Source of the DNA: Deferrisomatales bacterium
GTDB lineage: Bacteria > Desulfobacterota > Deferrisomatia > Deferrisomatales > JACRMM01
Reading direction: 5' to 3'
DNA length: 37,868 nucleotides
Assembly: GCA_033551855.1 (NCBI GenBank)
Contig: JAWSUI010000036.1
Span: 1 to 37,868 of the forward strand
A program made the translations under genes and the position numbers. The notes below the pieces were generated by a model. The model saw only the letters and a program-made list of their open reading frames with translations, was not told where the DNA came from and made no database searches. Below are positions 28,596 to 37,813 of this stretch, one piece after another. The stretch's first letter is position 1. Each line of letters opens with the position of its first letter.

Positions 28596-29531
28596 ATGAG
28601 TGGGGCTCCGCCGCCCCCCCAGCCCGACGGCTGGGAGGAGGCCCTCCCGTTCCCCGACGCCCCCGGGGCCGCCCGCGGCAAGGCGGCCGTCTGGTCCCTC
28701 GTCCTGCAAGCCCGCGGGGTCCCCCACCGGTTCGACTCCCGGGGCGGCCGCACCGCCCTCCTCGTTCCCCCGGCGCAGCGCCCCCGGGCCGAGGAAGAGA
28801 TCCGCCTGTACGAGGCCGAGAACCGGTTCTGGCCGCCGACGCGACCCCCGGAGCCCCCCACGGTGCGCAACGACCTGCGCACCTACGCGGTCCTGGTCGC
28901 TCTCGGGCTCTTCCACGACCTGACCTTCCAGGCCCCGGGACGGGTGCTCGGCATCGCCGTGGACTGGCACCGGGTGGGCCGGCTCGACGCCGCCCGGGTG
29001 CTCGAGGGAGAGTGGTGGCGGCTGGCGACGGCCCTCACCCTCCACGGGGACGGCCTGCACCTGGCGGGCAACCTCCTCCTGGGCGGGCTCCTCCTCGTCC
29101 ACTGGAACCGGCAAATGGGTGTGGGCCTGGGGATGGCGCTGGTCCTCGCCTCGGGGATCCTCGGGAACCTTACCAACGCCCTGGTCCGGCCCCCCGCCCA
29201 CCTGAGCGTCGGCAGCTCCACCGCGGTCTTCGGCGCCCTGGGGCTGCTGGTCGGCCGGGCCGCCGGGTTGGGGCTCGGCCGGGACTGGCGGCGCTGGGTC
29301 CTGCCCCTGGGGGCCGCCGGGGGAGTCCTGGCCCTCACCGGGGTGGGAGGGGAACGCACCGACTACCTGGCGCACCTCTTCGGCCTGGGGTGGGGGATCG
29401 TGGGCGGTCTCCTCACTGCGTGGCCGCGGCCCCTGCGGGGGGTTCCGGGGCGGCGCGTGTCCGGCCTCGCGGGACTGGCCGCCCTTGCCGCCCTGGTCGG
29501 AGCGTGGGCCCTGGCGCTGGGGCAGGGCTGA
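28596..29531 (+). CDS. Rhomboid-family intramembrane serine protease
   Basis: EWWRL, H....HLAGN, VGSSTAVFG catalytic Ser, TDYLAHLFG catalytic His. Confidence 0.9.
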   Translation: MSGAPPPPQPDGWEEALPFPDAPGAARGKAAVWSLVLQARGVPHRFDSRGGRTALLVPPAQRPRAEEEIRLYEAENRFWPPTRPPEPPTVRNDLRTYAVLVALGLFHDLTFQAPGRVLGIAVDWHRVGRLDAARVLEGEWWRLATALTLHGDGLHLAGNLLLGGLLLVHWNRQMGVGLGMALVLASGILGNLTNALVRPPAHLSVGSSTAVFGALGLLVGRAAGLGLGRDWRRWVLPLGAAGGVLALTGVGGERTDYLAHLFGLGWGIVGGLLTAWPRPLRGVPGRRVSGLAGLAALAALVGAWALALGQG

Positions 29532-29565
29532 GGCGCCGCACCTGCCCTCACCCCGGGATGGGCCG

Positions 29566-29952
29566 TCACCCCTCCAGCACGTGGCGCTCCAGGACGAAGG
29601 CCGTGAAGGTCCCCTCCAGCACCGGGACGCCGTCGGCCCGCACCGTCACCGGGACGACGTGCTTCTTCCCCTTGACTTCCGCCACCCGCGCCTCCGCCAC
29701 GACCCTCTGGCCCACCCGAACCGGCGCGAGGAACCGCACCTCCGCGGCGCCCAGGACCACGTGGGGATCGTTCACCGCGACCATCGCGGCGTAGTCGGCC
29801 AGGCCGAAGGTGAACCCCCCGTGTACCAGGCCGGTCCCGTCGGCAGCCATCTCCGGCAGGCAGCGAAGGCCGACCCGGCTCGTGCCCTCCCCGAGCTCCT
29901 CCACCTCCCCCACCAGGCGGGGGTCGATCCGGTCGTGGGTCCTCTGCTTCAC
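29566..29952 (-). CDS. PaaI-type hotdog thioesterase
   Basis: GLVHGGFTFGLADYAAM.AVN.P.VVL, FLAPVRVG; GTG start after AGGAGG. Confidence 0.85.
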   Translation of the reverse strand: MKQRTHDRIDPRLVGEVEELGEGTSRVGLRCLPEMAADGTGLVHGGFTFGLADYAAMVAVNDPHVVLGAAEVRFLAPVRVGQRVVAEARVAEVKGKKHVVPVTVRADGVPVLEGTFTAFVLERHVLEG

Positions 29953-29975
29953 GTTCGCCTCCTTTGGCGGGTTAC

Positions 29976-30003
29976 GGGTCTCGGTCCTCGGTCCTCCGGC
30001 CTC
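29976..30003. repeat. Short heptamer array (GGTCCTC-like x4)
   Basis: gggtctc ggtcctc ggtcctc cggcctc at the 3' end of the methionine synthase-like gene. Confidence 0.6.
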
Positions 30004-31081
30004 AGGCCTCGAAACGCGCCGAGACCTCCGCGAGGAGGTCGAGGATCCGCTCCGAGAGCGCCGGTTCCAGGCTGCCCATGCCGCAGGAGGGGGTGACCAG
30101 GCACTGCCGGCGCAGAAGACCCTCATCGACGCCCGCCTCGGCGAAGAGGGAAATCCCTTCGTCCAGCCGGCGCCCCAGGGACTCCGCCGTGAGCCTCGCG
30201 GCCTCTTCCGCCGTGGGGACGATCCCCCAGGCCAGCACGCCCCCCGCGCCCAGGTACCGGGCCAGGGCCTCGGGGTAGAGCAGCATCTTCTCGAGGAAGT
30301 GGAAGGCGTCGAAGTTGACGATGGACGTCCCGGACTCGAAGAGCACCGGCCAATCCGTGTTGCCGCAGCAGTGGATCCCCGTCAGGACCCCTTCGGCTGC
30401 AAGCCCCTCCAGGGCTGGGGCCCACAGGGCCTGCACCGCCTCCCGGCTCAGGGTCGAGTAGGCCGACCCGAAGACCTCCATGACGGGCTCGTCCAGGAAG
30501 AGGACCACCGGCGCCCCGAAGCGGGCCAGGCGCCGGGCCTGCCACAGGGCCTTCTGCGCCAGGTGGGCGCCGACCACCTCCCGGAAGGTGTCGTCGTGGA
30601 GGAGGTCCCGGCCGTCCAGGCCCTTCAGGGAGGTGGCCAGGGTGACCGGCCCGGTGACGTGCCCCTTCACGTAGCGAAGCCCCGGGGGGGCGGACTGGAC
30701 GAGGGCCGCCTCCAGTGCGTAGAATCCGGGGGCCCTCTCCCGGGAGAGGGCGAAGGGGGCCGGGTCGGCCTCCAGGACCCGGGCGTAGAAGGCCTCCACC
30801 TCGGCCAGCCCCTCCGGACCGGTGTCCACCGCGGGGTCCCTGCCTTCCCCCCGGCTGCGAAGCCCCGGGAAGCCCTCAAGGTACTGGAGGGTCATCCCCT
30901 CCAGGGGACTCCTCCGGGGGAGCTGGGGCCAGAACGGAAACCGCGGGAGCCGCAAGAGCACCGCGGCGGTCGCCTCCGCGGGGTCGCGGTGGGGGAGGCT
31001 TCCGATGCCCGTGGCGAGGCCCCGCGGCGAAAAGCCCGGGCACGGCCCGGTGGACGGGCGAACAGACTGGGGAGTGGGCAT
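30002..31081 (-). CDS. Core (single-barrel, MesB-like) methionine synthase
   Basis: TGIGSLPH, WPQLP, KGHVTGPVT, FLDEP, GIHCCGNTDW (HxC Zn ligands), AWGIVPT, TPSCG; only the C-terminal MetE barrel; start at 31081 or 31093. Confidence 0.8.
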   Translation of the reverse strand: MPTPQSVRPSTGPCPGFSPRGLATGIGSLPHRDPAEATAAVLLRLPRFPFWPQLPRRSPLEGMTLQYLEGFPGLRSRGEGRDPAVDTGPEGLAEVEAFYARVLEADPAPFALSRERAPGFYALEAALVQSAPPGLRYVKGHVTGPVTLATSLKGLDGRDLLHDDTFREVVGAHLAQKALWQARRLARFGAPVVLFLDEPVMEVFGSAYSTLSREAVQALWAPALEGLAAEGVLTGIHCCGNTDWPVLFESGTSIVNFDAFHFLEKMLLYPEALARYLGAGGVLAWGIVPTAEEAARLTAESLGRRLDEGISLFAEAGVDEGLLRRQCLVTPSCGMGSLEPALSERILDLLAEVSARFEA

Positions 31082-31352
31082 GGCGGGAGTCATCCTTTCG
31101 GGGCTCTTCTGGGCGGTGGCCCTGGGGCTCCAGGTCTACTCCGTGCGGGCCGGGGGATGGAGCCTCCTGGTGCCGGCGGCCGCCGCGGCCGCACTGGCGG
31201 CCGTGGGGCTGGACATGCTCGCCCACCGCCGGCTCGTGAAGCTCGACCGGGAGTTCGCCCGCACGCTCCTTCACGTGCTCTCCGCGGTCACCTTGGCCGC
31301 CTTTTCCCTCTTGTGGCTGGTGCGGCTCCTGGGGCACGCGCCCGGCCGCTGA
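31080..31352 (+). CDS. Small hypothetical membrane protein (3 TM, 90 aa)
   Basis: GGGAG RBS, ATG at 31080, three hydrophobic segments, GC-rich third codon positions. Confidence 0.55.
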   Translation: MAGVILSGLFWAVALGLQVYSVRAGGWSLLVPAAAAAALAAVGLDMLAHRRLVKLDREFARTLLHVLSAVTLAAFSLLWLVRLLGHAPGR

Positions 31353-31481
31353 GTGTAGACGGGGATCCGAGTCGGGGCAAGGCGCGGCCGTCCCGCCAGC
31401 AGGCCCCGCCTCGCCGGCAAGCGGGGTCCGGGAGTCCCTCCGTCCCGACCGGACATCGAAGGGGTCTTGGCGGGACCGGGC

Positions 31482-31997
31482 TCAGGAGGAGCCGCGGGGA
31501 GTGAGGAGGCCCGTCTCGTGCAGGACGTCCCGGGTCCGCGCCCTCTCCTCCCGGCGGCGGCGTCCGGCTTCGTTCCGCCGCCGGTCGTCCTCGGTGTCCA
31601 GGACGAGGGGCGCCACCGGCCGGGTCCGCCCGTCCTCTCCCAGCGCCACGAAGGTGAGGTACGCCGACGCCGTGTGCCGCACCCTTCCGGTCCGCAGGTC
31701 CTCTGCCTCCACCCGCACGCCCACCTCCATGCTCGACCGCCCCACGCAGTTCAGGGAGGCTTTGAGCACCACGAGGTTGCCCACGTAGACCGGGGCGTGG
31801 AAGTCGAGTCGGTCGATACTGGCCGTGACCACGTTGGAACGCGCGTGGCGGATGGCCACGACGCCGGCCGCGTCGTCGATCATTTTCATGATCTGGCCCC
31901 CGTGCACGTTGCCGGCCGGATTGGCGTGGTGGGGCTGCATCATCTCCGCCACCTCGACCCTCGTCTCCGAGACCCTGCGCCCTTCCAACTCCCTCAT
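31482..31997 (-). CDS. Acyl-CoA thioesterase (YciA-like hotdog)
   Basis: P.HANPAGNVHGG, VVTASID, G.SSMEVGV.V.AE, YLTFVAL; AAGGAG RBS. Confidence 0.92.
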   Translation of the reverse strand: MRELEGRRVSETRVEVAEMMQPHHANPAGNVHGGQIMKMIDDAAGVVAIRHARSNVVTASIDRLDFHAPVYVGNLVVLKASLNCVGRSSMEVGVRVEAEDLRTGRVRHTASAYLTFVALGEDGRTRPVAPLVLDTEDDRRRNEAGRRRREERARTRDVLHETGLLTPRGSS

Positions 31998-32091
31998 CCG
32001 ATAGCTCCTTTCGGTTCGGTTTCCGAACCGGCCCGTCAGCGGGGCCTCGTTTTTCGCGCTCCCGCGGACACCAGAATCCACCGTCAGATTC

Positions 32092-32302
32092 CGGCTCATC
32101 CGGGGAATGACCGGGTACTCGTCTCCAGGGACGATCGGGTGGGTCCGACCACGTAGGCGGACGGCCGCTCGACGGGTGCAACTGCTTCGGGAGCCGCAAT
32201 CTCGCGAGGATTCCGGATGCGGTGCGGGAGCGCTCCCACCGTGCAACCCGGCATCGTCTGCCGGAGTGGACGAGCCCACCCGGTCGTTTACCGGAGGAAC
32301 CC
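32092..32302. mobile_element. MITE-like element, copy 2 (211 bp, inverted relative to copy 1)
   Basis: Reverse complement aligns end to end with 6276-6486; AGATTC duplicated at 32086-32091 and 32303-32308. Confidence 0.88.
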
Positions 32303-32559
32303 AGATTCTGGGGTTCGATTCCGGATCGTGCGGGTTCACGCTTCCAGCGCTTTCCTTCCCGGCGCCCGGCTCCCCTCCCCTTCACCCCATCCCCCCCCTG
32401 ACCTCCCCCTGGAAGGGGGAGGAGCAGGAACGGGGGCGCGTGCCGCCCACACAGATCGCGACAGAACCAGAATATCGCGAATCGGGGGGCGGAGCGGAGG
32501 GGCTCCCCGACTCCGAGCCCGTGCCCGGGTCGCGGTCGGATTCAGGGACACCCCTGGCT

Positions 32560-32588
32560 TTGACGCCCCGTACCCCTTCCGTTAGCCT
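32560..32588 (+). promoter_or_regulatory. Sigma70-type promoter of the PP2C gene
   Basis: TTGACG, 17 bp, TAGCCT. Confidence 0.5.
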
Positions 32589-32668
32589 CGTGCGGTGAGC
32601 CGCGCGGCATAGCGCCGATGGGCCGGCAGCTTCCGGCCGAGGCGGCTCCGAGCCCGTCAGGGAGGGAG

Positions 32669-33400
32669 ATGAGCCACCGGTGTGAAGCGGGTTTCGCCAC
32701 CGAGACCGGGTCTCGCAGGAACAACCAGGACGCGGTGGCGGTGGACCCGGCCGAGGGCTACGCGGTGGTCGCCGACGGCATGGGCGGGGCCCCGGCCGGC
32801 GAGGTCGCAAGCCGGATCGCGGTGACCGCAGTCTCCGAGGTGCTCGCGGGCGAGCTCCCCAGGCCCCGGTCGGCGGAGGAACACCGGTTCGCCGTCCTGT
32901 GGGCGATCGCCGAGGCCAACCGGCACATCTACGAGGCCTCCCGGCGTGCACCGCACCTGCGGGGCATGGGCACCACCGTCGTCATCCTCCTCCTGCGCGA
33001 AGGCCGGTTCTGGACCGCGAACGTCGGCGACTCCCGCGCGTACCGGCTCCGGGACGGCTCCCTCACCCAGCTCAGCCGGGACCACTCCCTGGTCCAGAGG
33101 CGCCTGGAAGCGGGTCTGATCACCCCCGAGGAGGCCCGGTGGCAGCCGGACTGCAACGTGCTCACGCGGGTCCTGGGCACCGACCCCACCGTGGAGCCCG
33201 AGCTCCGGGAGGGGGAGGCGGCCCCCGGGGACGTGTTCGTCCTCACCTCCGACGGGGTCCACGGGGTCCTGACGGACGAGGCCATCCGCCGGGCCGTGGC
33301 GGGCAGGACGCCGGCGGCGGCCACCCGGGAGCTCGTGGGGAGGGCCCTGGCGGAGGGCGGCCGGGACAACGCCACCGCCGCCGTGCTCCGAACGGTCTAG
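32669..33400 (+). CDS. PP2C-family Ser/Thr protein phosphatase
   Basis: R.NNQD, VADGMGG, GMGTT, NVGDSRAY, TSDG, GGRDNAT; GGAGG RBS. Confidence 0.93.
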   Translation: MSHRCEAGFATETGSRRNNQDAVAVDPAEGYAVVADGMGGAPAGEVASRIAVTAVSEVLAGELPRPRSAEEHRFAVLWAIAEANRHIYEASRRAPHLRGMGTTVVILLLREGRFWTANVGDSRAYRLRDGSLTQLSRDHSLVQRRLEAGLITPEEARWQPDCNVLTRVLGTDPTVEPELREGEAAPGDVFVLTSDGVHGVLTDEAIRRAVAGRTPAAATRELVGRALAEGGRDNATAAVLRTV

Positions 33401-33464
33401 CCTTCTACCGGGTCTTCGCCAAACCACCGCGAAATCGGGGCAGCCGGCTCCAGGCCGGGGCCGC

Positions 33465-35126
33465 TCACCCCTCCTCCCACCGGTCCGGAGCCGGCTCTCC
33501 CGGCCAGAAACGCCGCTCCAGCGCCCCCAGGAGGGGGCCGAAGGTCTCCCGCCGCCGGGCACACAGGGGAATGCCGCCGTGGGCCGACGCCAGGGAGGCG
33601 CCCTCTCCTTCCGGGAGGAGGTCCGCCTTGTTGAACACCCGGAGCACCGGCTTCTCCCCGAGGTCGAGCTCCCCCAGGAGCTTCTCCACCGCCGCGATCT
33701 GCTCCTCGAAGGCCGGGTTGGCGGCGTCCACCACGTGCAGCAGCAGGTCCGCGTCCTGGAGCTCCTCGAGGGTGGCCCGGAAGGCGCCCACGAGGCCCTT
33801 GGGGAGGTCGCGGAGGAAGCCCACGGTGTCCGTGATGATCACCTCCCGCTCCCTCGGGAAGCGGAGGCGGCGGGTCGAGGTGTCCAGCGTGGCGAAGAGC
33901 AGGTCCTCGGTGAAGACCTCAGAGGCCGTCAGGGCATTGAGGAGGGTCGACTTGCCCGCGTTCGTGTAGCCGACGATGCTCACGATCGGCACGCCGGCCC
34001 GCACCCGGCGGTGCCGCCGCTGGGCCCGGCCCCGGGACAGGTCCTTGAGCTTCCGCTCGAGGGCGGCGATCCGGTCCCGGATGCGCCGCCGGTCCATCTC
34101 GAGCTTGGTCTCCCCCGGGCCGCGGCCCCCCACGCCCCCCATGAGCCGACTCATGGCGGTGCCCTTCCCCACGAGGCGGGGCATCAGGTACTTGAGCTGC
34201 GCGAGCTCCACCTGCACCTTGCCGTCCTGGGTTTGGGCCCGGCGGGCGAAGATGTCGAGGATGAGCTGGGTGCGGTCGATCACCCGCACGTCGGTGAGGT
34301 CCGAGATCGCGCGCACCTGCCCGGGGGAGAGCTCCTGGTCGAAGATGAGCAGGTCGGCACCCTTCTGGAGGGCCGACGCCACGACCTCGCGGATCTTTCC
34401 CTCCCCCATCAGGTACTTGGGGTTGAGCTGCCGCGGCCGCTGGACCACCGTATCGACCACCTCTACGGCCGCGGTGCGGGCGAGTTCCCGCAGCTCCTCG
34501 AGCCGTTCATCCACCTCGTGGCGGGGCGCCGTGCTCACGCTCACCAGGATCCCCCGGTCCTTCCCCGGGGCCCGCACGGCCAGGGACCGGGCCTGGCGCC
34601 CCGCAATTTCCTCCTCCAGCGCCGTTACGAAAGGGCCGAAGTCGACACGAAACGCGTAGAAGTCCGAGGGGGGCAGGAGCCGGCAGGGCTCCCCTGCCGG
34701 ATTGGGCGGCAGGAGGTGCGCCACGAACAGGGTGCCGGGCCGCCCCTCGGGGGTCACCCCCAGAGCCGCCATGGCATCCAGGCGCAGGAGCGCCAGGTCG
34801 GCCAGGTCGTCCTCGGAGAGCGGCTCCTGGCGCAGGTGGGTGTGCACGCAGCGCAGGCCCCGAAGCTTTCCTCTTCCCAGACCGTGGTCGGAGAGGTCGG
34901 GAATGACGATTTCCGTGTCGTCCCCCACGATGACGTGCACCACCTGGCCCTTGCGGTCCAGGATGAGGCCGATCTGACGACCCGTGTCCCGGCTCAAGCC
35001 CGTCACGTAGGCGGCGAGCTCAGCCGTGATGAGGTCCTCGGGCGGGACCCGGCGCCGGTAGATCCGCTCGAGGGCGCGGACCTGGCTCGTCTTGAGCCCG
35101 GTCAGGTTTCCGTGTACGTCGGCGAT
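33465..35126 (-). CDS. hflX: GTPase HflX (long form); probable ATC start
   Basis: DRTQLILDIFA.RA, GRGPGETKLE.DRR, VGYTNAGKST, LFATLD, DTVGF, NKAD; N-terminal HGNLTGLK.SQ follows ATC located 7 nt after AAAGGAGGTG. Confidence 0.92.
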   Translation of the reverse strand: MADVHGNLTGLKTSQVRALERIYRRRVPPEDLITAELAAYVTGLSRDTGRQIGLILDRKGQVVHVIVGDDTEIVIPDLSDHGLGRGKLRGLRCVHTHLRQEPLSEDDLADLALLRLDAMAALGVTPEGRPGTLFVAHLLPPNPAGEPCRLLPPSDFYAFRVDFGPFVTALEEEIAGRQARSLAVRAPGKDRGILVSVSTAPRHEVDERLEELRELARTAAVEVVDTVVQRPRQLNPKYLMGEGKIREVVASALQKGADLLIFDQELSPGQVRAISDLTDVRVIDRTQLILDIFARRAQTQDGKVQVELAQLKYLMPRLVGKGTAMSRLMGGVGGRGPGETKLEMDRRRIRDRIAALERKLKDLSRGRAQRRHRRVRAGVPIVSIVGYTNAGKSTLLNALTASEVFTEDLLFATLDTSTRRLRFPREREVIITDTVGFLRDLPKGLVGAFRATLEELQDADLLLHVVDAANPAFEEQIAAVEKLLGELDLGEKPVLRVFNKADLLPEGEGASLASAHGGIPLCARRRETFGPLLGALERRFWPGEPAPDRWEEG

Positions 35127-35821
35127 GGCCGAACACCTCCTTTGGGCTGGGCCTCGTCCGCCGCGTGCCCGGCCGCCTCCTCCAGGTAGGCGACCCACGC
35201 CCCGAGCCCCTCGCCGGTCCGCGCGCTCAGGGGGAAGACCCGCAGGTCCGGGTTTATGGAGCGCGCATTGCGCACGAGGGCCGGGAAGTCGAAGTCCAGG
35301 TGGGGGAGCAGGTCCGTCTTGGTCACCACCAGCAGGGACGCCGCACGAAAGAGCGCCGGGTACTTCAGGGGCTTGTCCTCCCCCTCGGTCACGCTCACCA
35401 GGGCCACCTTCTCGTCCTCCCCCAGGTCGCAGGCGACGGGGCAGACGAGGTTTCCCACGTTCTCGATGATCAGGAGGTCGAGCGCGCCCCCGGCCCGCGC
35501 CGCGAGGGCGTCGAAGGCCCGGCCCACCATGGCCGCGTCCAAGTGGCACGCCCCGCCGGTCACCACCGCCTCCACCGGCACTCCGGTGGCGGCGATGCGC
35601 CGCGCGTCGTTGTCGGTCTGTACGTCGCCCTCGACCACCCCGACCCGGAGCCGGCTCGCGAGCTTCCCCAGGGTGGCCTCCAGGAGCGCGGTCTTCCCAG
35701 TGCCCGGGCTGGAGATCAGGTTCACCGCGTAGGCCCCGGCCCGGCGGAACCGCTCCCGGTTCCCCTGGGCGAGGGCCTCGTTGCGCTCCAGCACCCGGCG
35801 CTCCACAGCGACCTCCCTCAC
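35102..35821 (-). CDS. hypB: Hydrogenase nickel-incorporation GTPase HypB
   Basis: NLISSPGTGKT, EGDVQTDND, CHLDA, IENVGNLVCP, SVTEGEDKPLKYP, TKTD; GTG start overlaps the hypA stop. Confidence 0.95.
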   Translation of the reverse strand: MREVAVERRVLERNEALAQGNRERFRRAGAYAVNLISSPGTGKTALLEATLGKLASRLRVGVVEGDVQTDNDARRIAATGVPVEAVVTGGACHLDAAMVGRAFDALAARAGGALDLLIIENVGNLVCPVACDLGEDEKVALVSVTEGEDKPLKYPALFRAASLLVVTKTDLLPHLDFDFPALVRNARSINPDLRVFPLSARTGEGLGAWVAYLEEAAGHAADEAQPKGGVRPSPTYTET

Positions 35822-36165
35822 GGGTCCTCCACCTGGATTTCCACCACGGTGAGCTCGTCCCCGGCCGCCAGCTCCGGCTCCAGGGCCCCGCAGACCGGGC
35901 AGGGGTCGAGCTGCCCATCGGCCGGGAGCTCCGACAGGCAGTTGCGGCAGGCGAAGGAGGGCTCCACGACGTCCACCTCCACCCGGCACCCCTCGAGGGG
36001 GGTGCCCTCCCCCACGACCCCGAGGGCGAACCGGAGGCTCTCCACCTCCACCCCGGACCATCGGCCCACCCGCAGGCGCAGACCCCTCACGCGCGCGGCT
36101 CCCACGGCCTCGGCCTCTTCCGCGGCGATCCGAGCGATCTCGGCGGCGATGCCGGTCTCGTGCAG
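35818..36165 (-). CDS. hypA: Hydrogenase maturation nickel metallochaperone HypA; probable CTG start
   Basis: (M)HETGIA N-terminus, VG..SGVE.ESL.FA, CxxC...CPxCG, GDEL.V; CTG 6 nt after AAGGAG. Confidence 0.92.
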   Translation of the reverse strand: MHETGIAAEIARIAAEEAEAVGAARVRGLRLRVGRWSGVEVESLRFALGVVGEGTPLEGCRVEVDVVEPSFACRNCLSELPADGQLDPCPVCGALEPELAAGDELTVVEIQVEDP

Positions 36166-36233
36166 GGGTGTCTCCTTGGGGATGCCTCGACGACTTGCCG
36201 CCCCGGTCGCCAGCGAAGCCGGACCTCGCCCGC

Positions 36234-36263
36234 CTTATAGGACCGCGGGCCGGGGGGTGTCAA
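36234..36263 (-). promoter_or_regulatory. Sigma70-type promoter of hypA-hypB-hflX
   Basis: Minus strand TTGACA, 18 bp, TATAAG. Confidence 0.6.
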
Positions 36264-36432
36264 CGACGGGGGCCGGGCGACAGCCGCCGGCCGGGACGCT
36301 TGGACGCGTCACGCTGGGACGCGGGAGACCGGGGAGACCAGGCAAACCAGACGCCTGCCGCGCCCGAGTCCTCCCCCCGCCCGGAGTCGCGGGCGACGGA
36401 GGAAGGTGCCCCTTGAGTTTCCGGAAGGGCCC

Positions 36433-36461
36433 TTCACCGGGCCGGGACCCTGTGGTATAGG
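36433..36461 (+). promoter_or_regulatory. Sigma70-type promoter of the purH-like gene
   Basis: TTCACC, 17 bp, extended -10 TGGTATAGG. Confidence 0.5.
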
Positions 36462-36525
36462 ACACCGGCCCGGCCGGCAGCCGCCGGGGGTGCAACGCCA
36501 GCCCACAGCACGGGAGGAGGCCCCG

Positions 36526-37806
36526 ATGGCCGAGCTCAAGCAGATGTACCGCACCGTGATGGACGACCACTTCCCCGACCGCCTGACGATCTCTTTCGGA
36601 GAGCAGACCCTGGTCTACCGGAAGCGCTCCTGGAAGCTCCCCGACGAGTCGGGGCTGGTGGAGAAGGGCCTGCGGTACGGGGAGAACCCCGGTCAGGAGG
36701 CCGCCCTCTACGAGCTTGTCCAGGGCAACCTCGCCCTGGGGGAGTGCCGGTTCATCGAGCCCGGGCTGGGGCTGGTGTCCGCCCTCGCGGAGGAGCACAT
36801 GCTCCAGGCCGGCAAGCACCCGGGCAAGACCAACCTCACCGACGTGGACAACGGCCTGAACATCCTCAAGTACCTGATGGATCGCCCGACCGCGGTGATC
36901 CTCAAGCACAACAACCCTAGCGGCGCCGCCGAGGCCGAGACCCTCGAAGAGGCCTACCGCCGGGCCAACCGGGCCGACCGGATCGCCGCCTTCGGCGGCG
37001 CCCTGGTGGTGAACCGGGCCCTCGACCGGGCCGCCGCCGAGGCCGTGGCCGAGAACTACCTGGAGGTCGTCGCGGCCCCCTCCTACGAGGAGGGCGCGGT
37101 GGAGATCCTCCGGCGCCGCAAGGACCTGAGGATCCTGGTCGTCCCCCGCCTGGACCGCCTGGCCGAGTACCGCGCCCGCCGCTTCGTCGAGTTCAAGTCC
37201 CTGCTGGACGGGGGTCTGATCGTGCAGCAATCCCCGCTCAACGCCGTCACCCGGGTGGAGGACTTCCGCCCGGCCACGGCCCGGGTGGACGGCACCGAGA
37301 TCGGCGTGGCGCGCCAGCCTACAGGGGCGGAGCTCGCCGACATGCTCTTCGGCTGGTGCGTAGAGCAGGGGGTGACCTCGAACTCGGTCCTGTACGTCAA
37401 GGACCGCTGCACCGTCGGGATCGGGACCGGTGAGCAGGACCGGGTCGGGGTGGCGGAGATCGCCGTGTACAAGGCCTACACCAAGTACGCCGACGCCCTG
37501 TGCTTCGACCGCCACGGAGTGCCCATGAAGGACCTCGAGTTGCGGGTGTCCCAAGGGGAGGCCGACGCCGAGGCCGTACACGCACTCCGCCGGGAGGCGG
37601 CCGACGCCAAGGGCGGGCTGATCGGCTCGGCCATGATCTCCGACGCCTTCTTCCCCTTCCGCGACGGGGTGGACGTGGGGCTCCGGGAGGGGGTGAGCGC
37701 CGTGTGCCAGCCGGGGGGCTCCAACCGGGACGCCGAGGTCATCCAGGCCGTCAACGAGGCCGGGGCGACCATGGTCTTCACCGGCCAGCGGTGCTTCAAG
37801 CATTAG
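36526..37806 (+). CDS. purH: PurH-like AICAR transformylase domain protein (no N-terminal MGS/IMP cyclohydrolase domain)
   Basis: LRYGENPGQ.AA, KHNNP, AAFGG, EVV.AP, SNSV, GEQDRV, SDAFFPFRDG, QPGGS.RD, FTG.RCFKH. Confidence 0.85.
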   Translation: MAELKQMYRTVMDDHFPDRLTISFGEQTLVYRKRSWKLPDESGLVEKGLRYGENPGQEAALYELVQGNLALGECRFIEPGLGLVSALAEEHMLQAGKHPGKTNLTDVDNGLNILKYLMDRPTAVILKHNNPSGAAEAETLEEAYRRANRADRIAAFGGALVVNRALDRAAAEAVAENYLEVVAAPSYEEGAVEILRRRKDLRILVVPRLDRLAEYRARRFVEFKSLLDGGLIVQQSPLNAVTRVEDFRPATARVDGTEIGVARQPTGAELADMLFGWCVEQGVTSNSVLYVKDRCTVGIGTGEQDRVGVAEIAVYKAYTKYADALCFDRHGVPMKDLELRVSQGEADAEAVHALRREAADAKGGLIGSAMISDAFFPFRDGVDVGLREGVSAVCQPGGSNRDAEVIQAVNEAGATMVFTGQRCFKH

Positions 37807-37813
37807 GAACCGT

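Noticed and set aside
32371..32425. Rho-independent terminator (CCTCCCCCT-GGA-AGGGGGAGG)
   Set aside because: Lies between divergent genes with no U-tract; more likely a REP-like palindrome related to 18423-18525
33465..35918. 817-aa HflX with a long N-terminal extension
   Set aside because: The extension is an alternative frame of hypB; the Shine-Dalgarno and family N-terminus place the start at 35126
36300..36525. ZMP/ZTP riboswitch upstream of the purH-like gene
   Set aside because: The conserved GACTGGCG...GTGG...CCAC and CGCCTGGGC elements are not present
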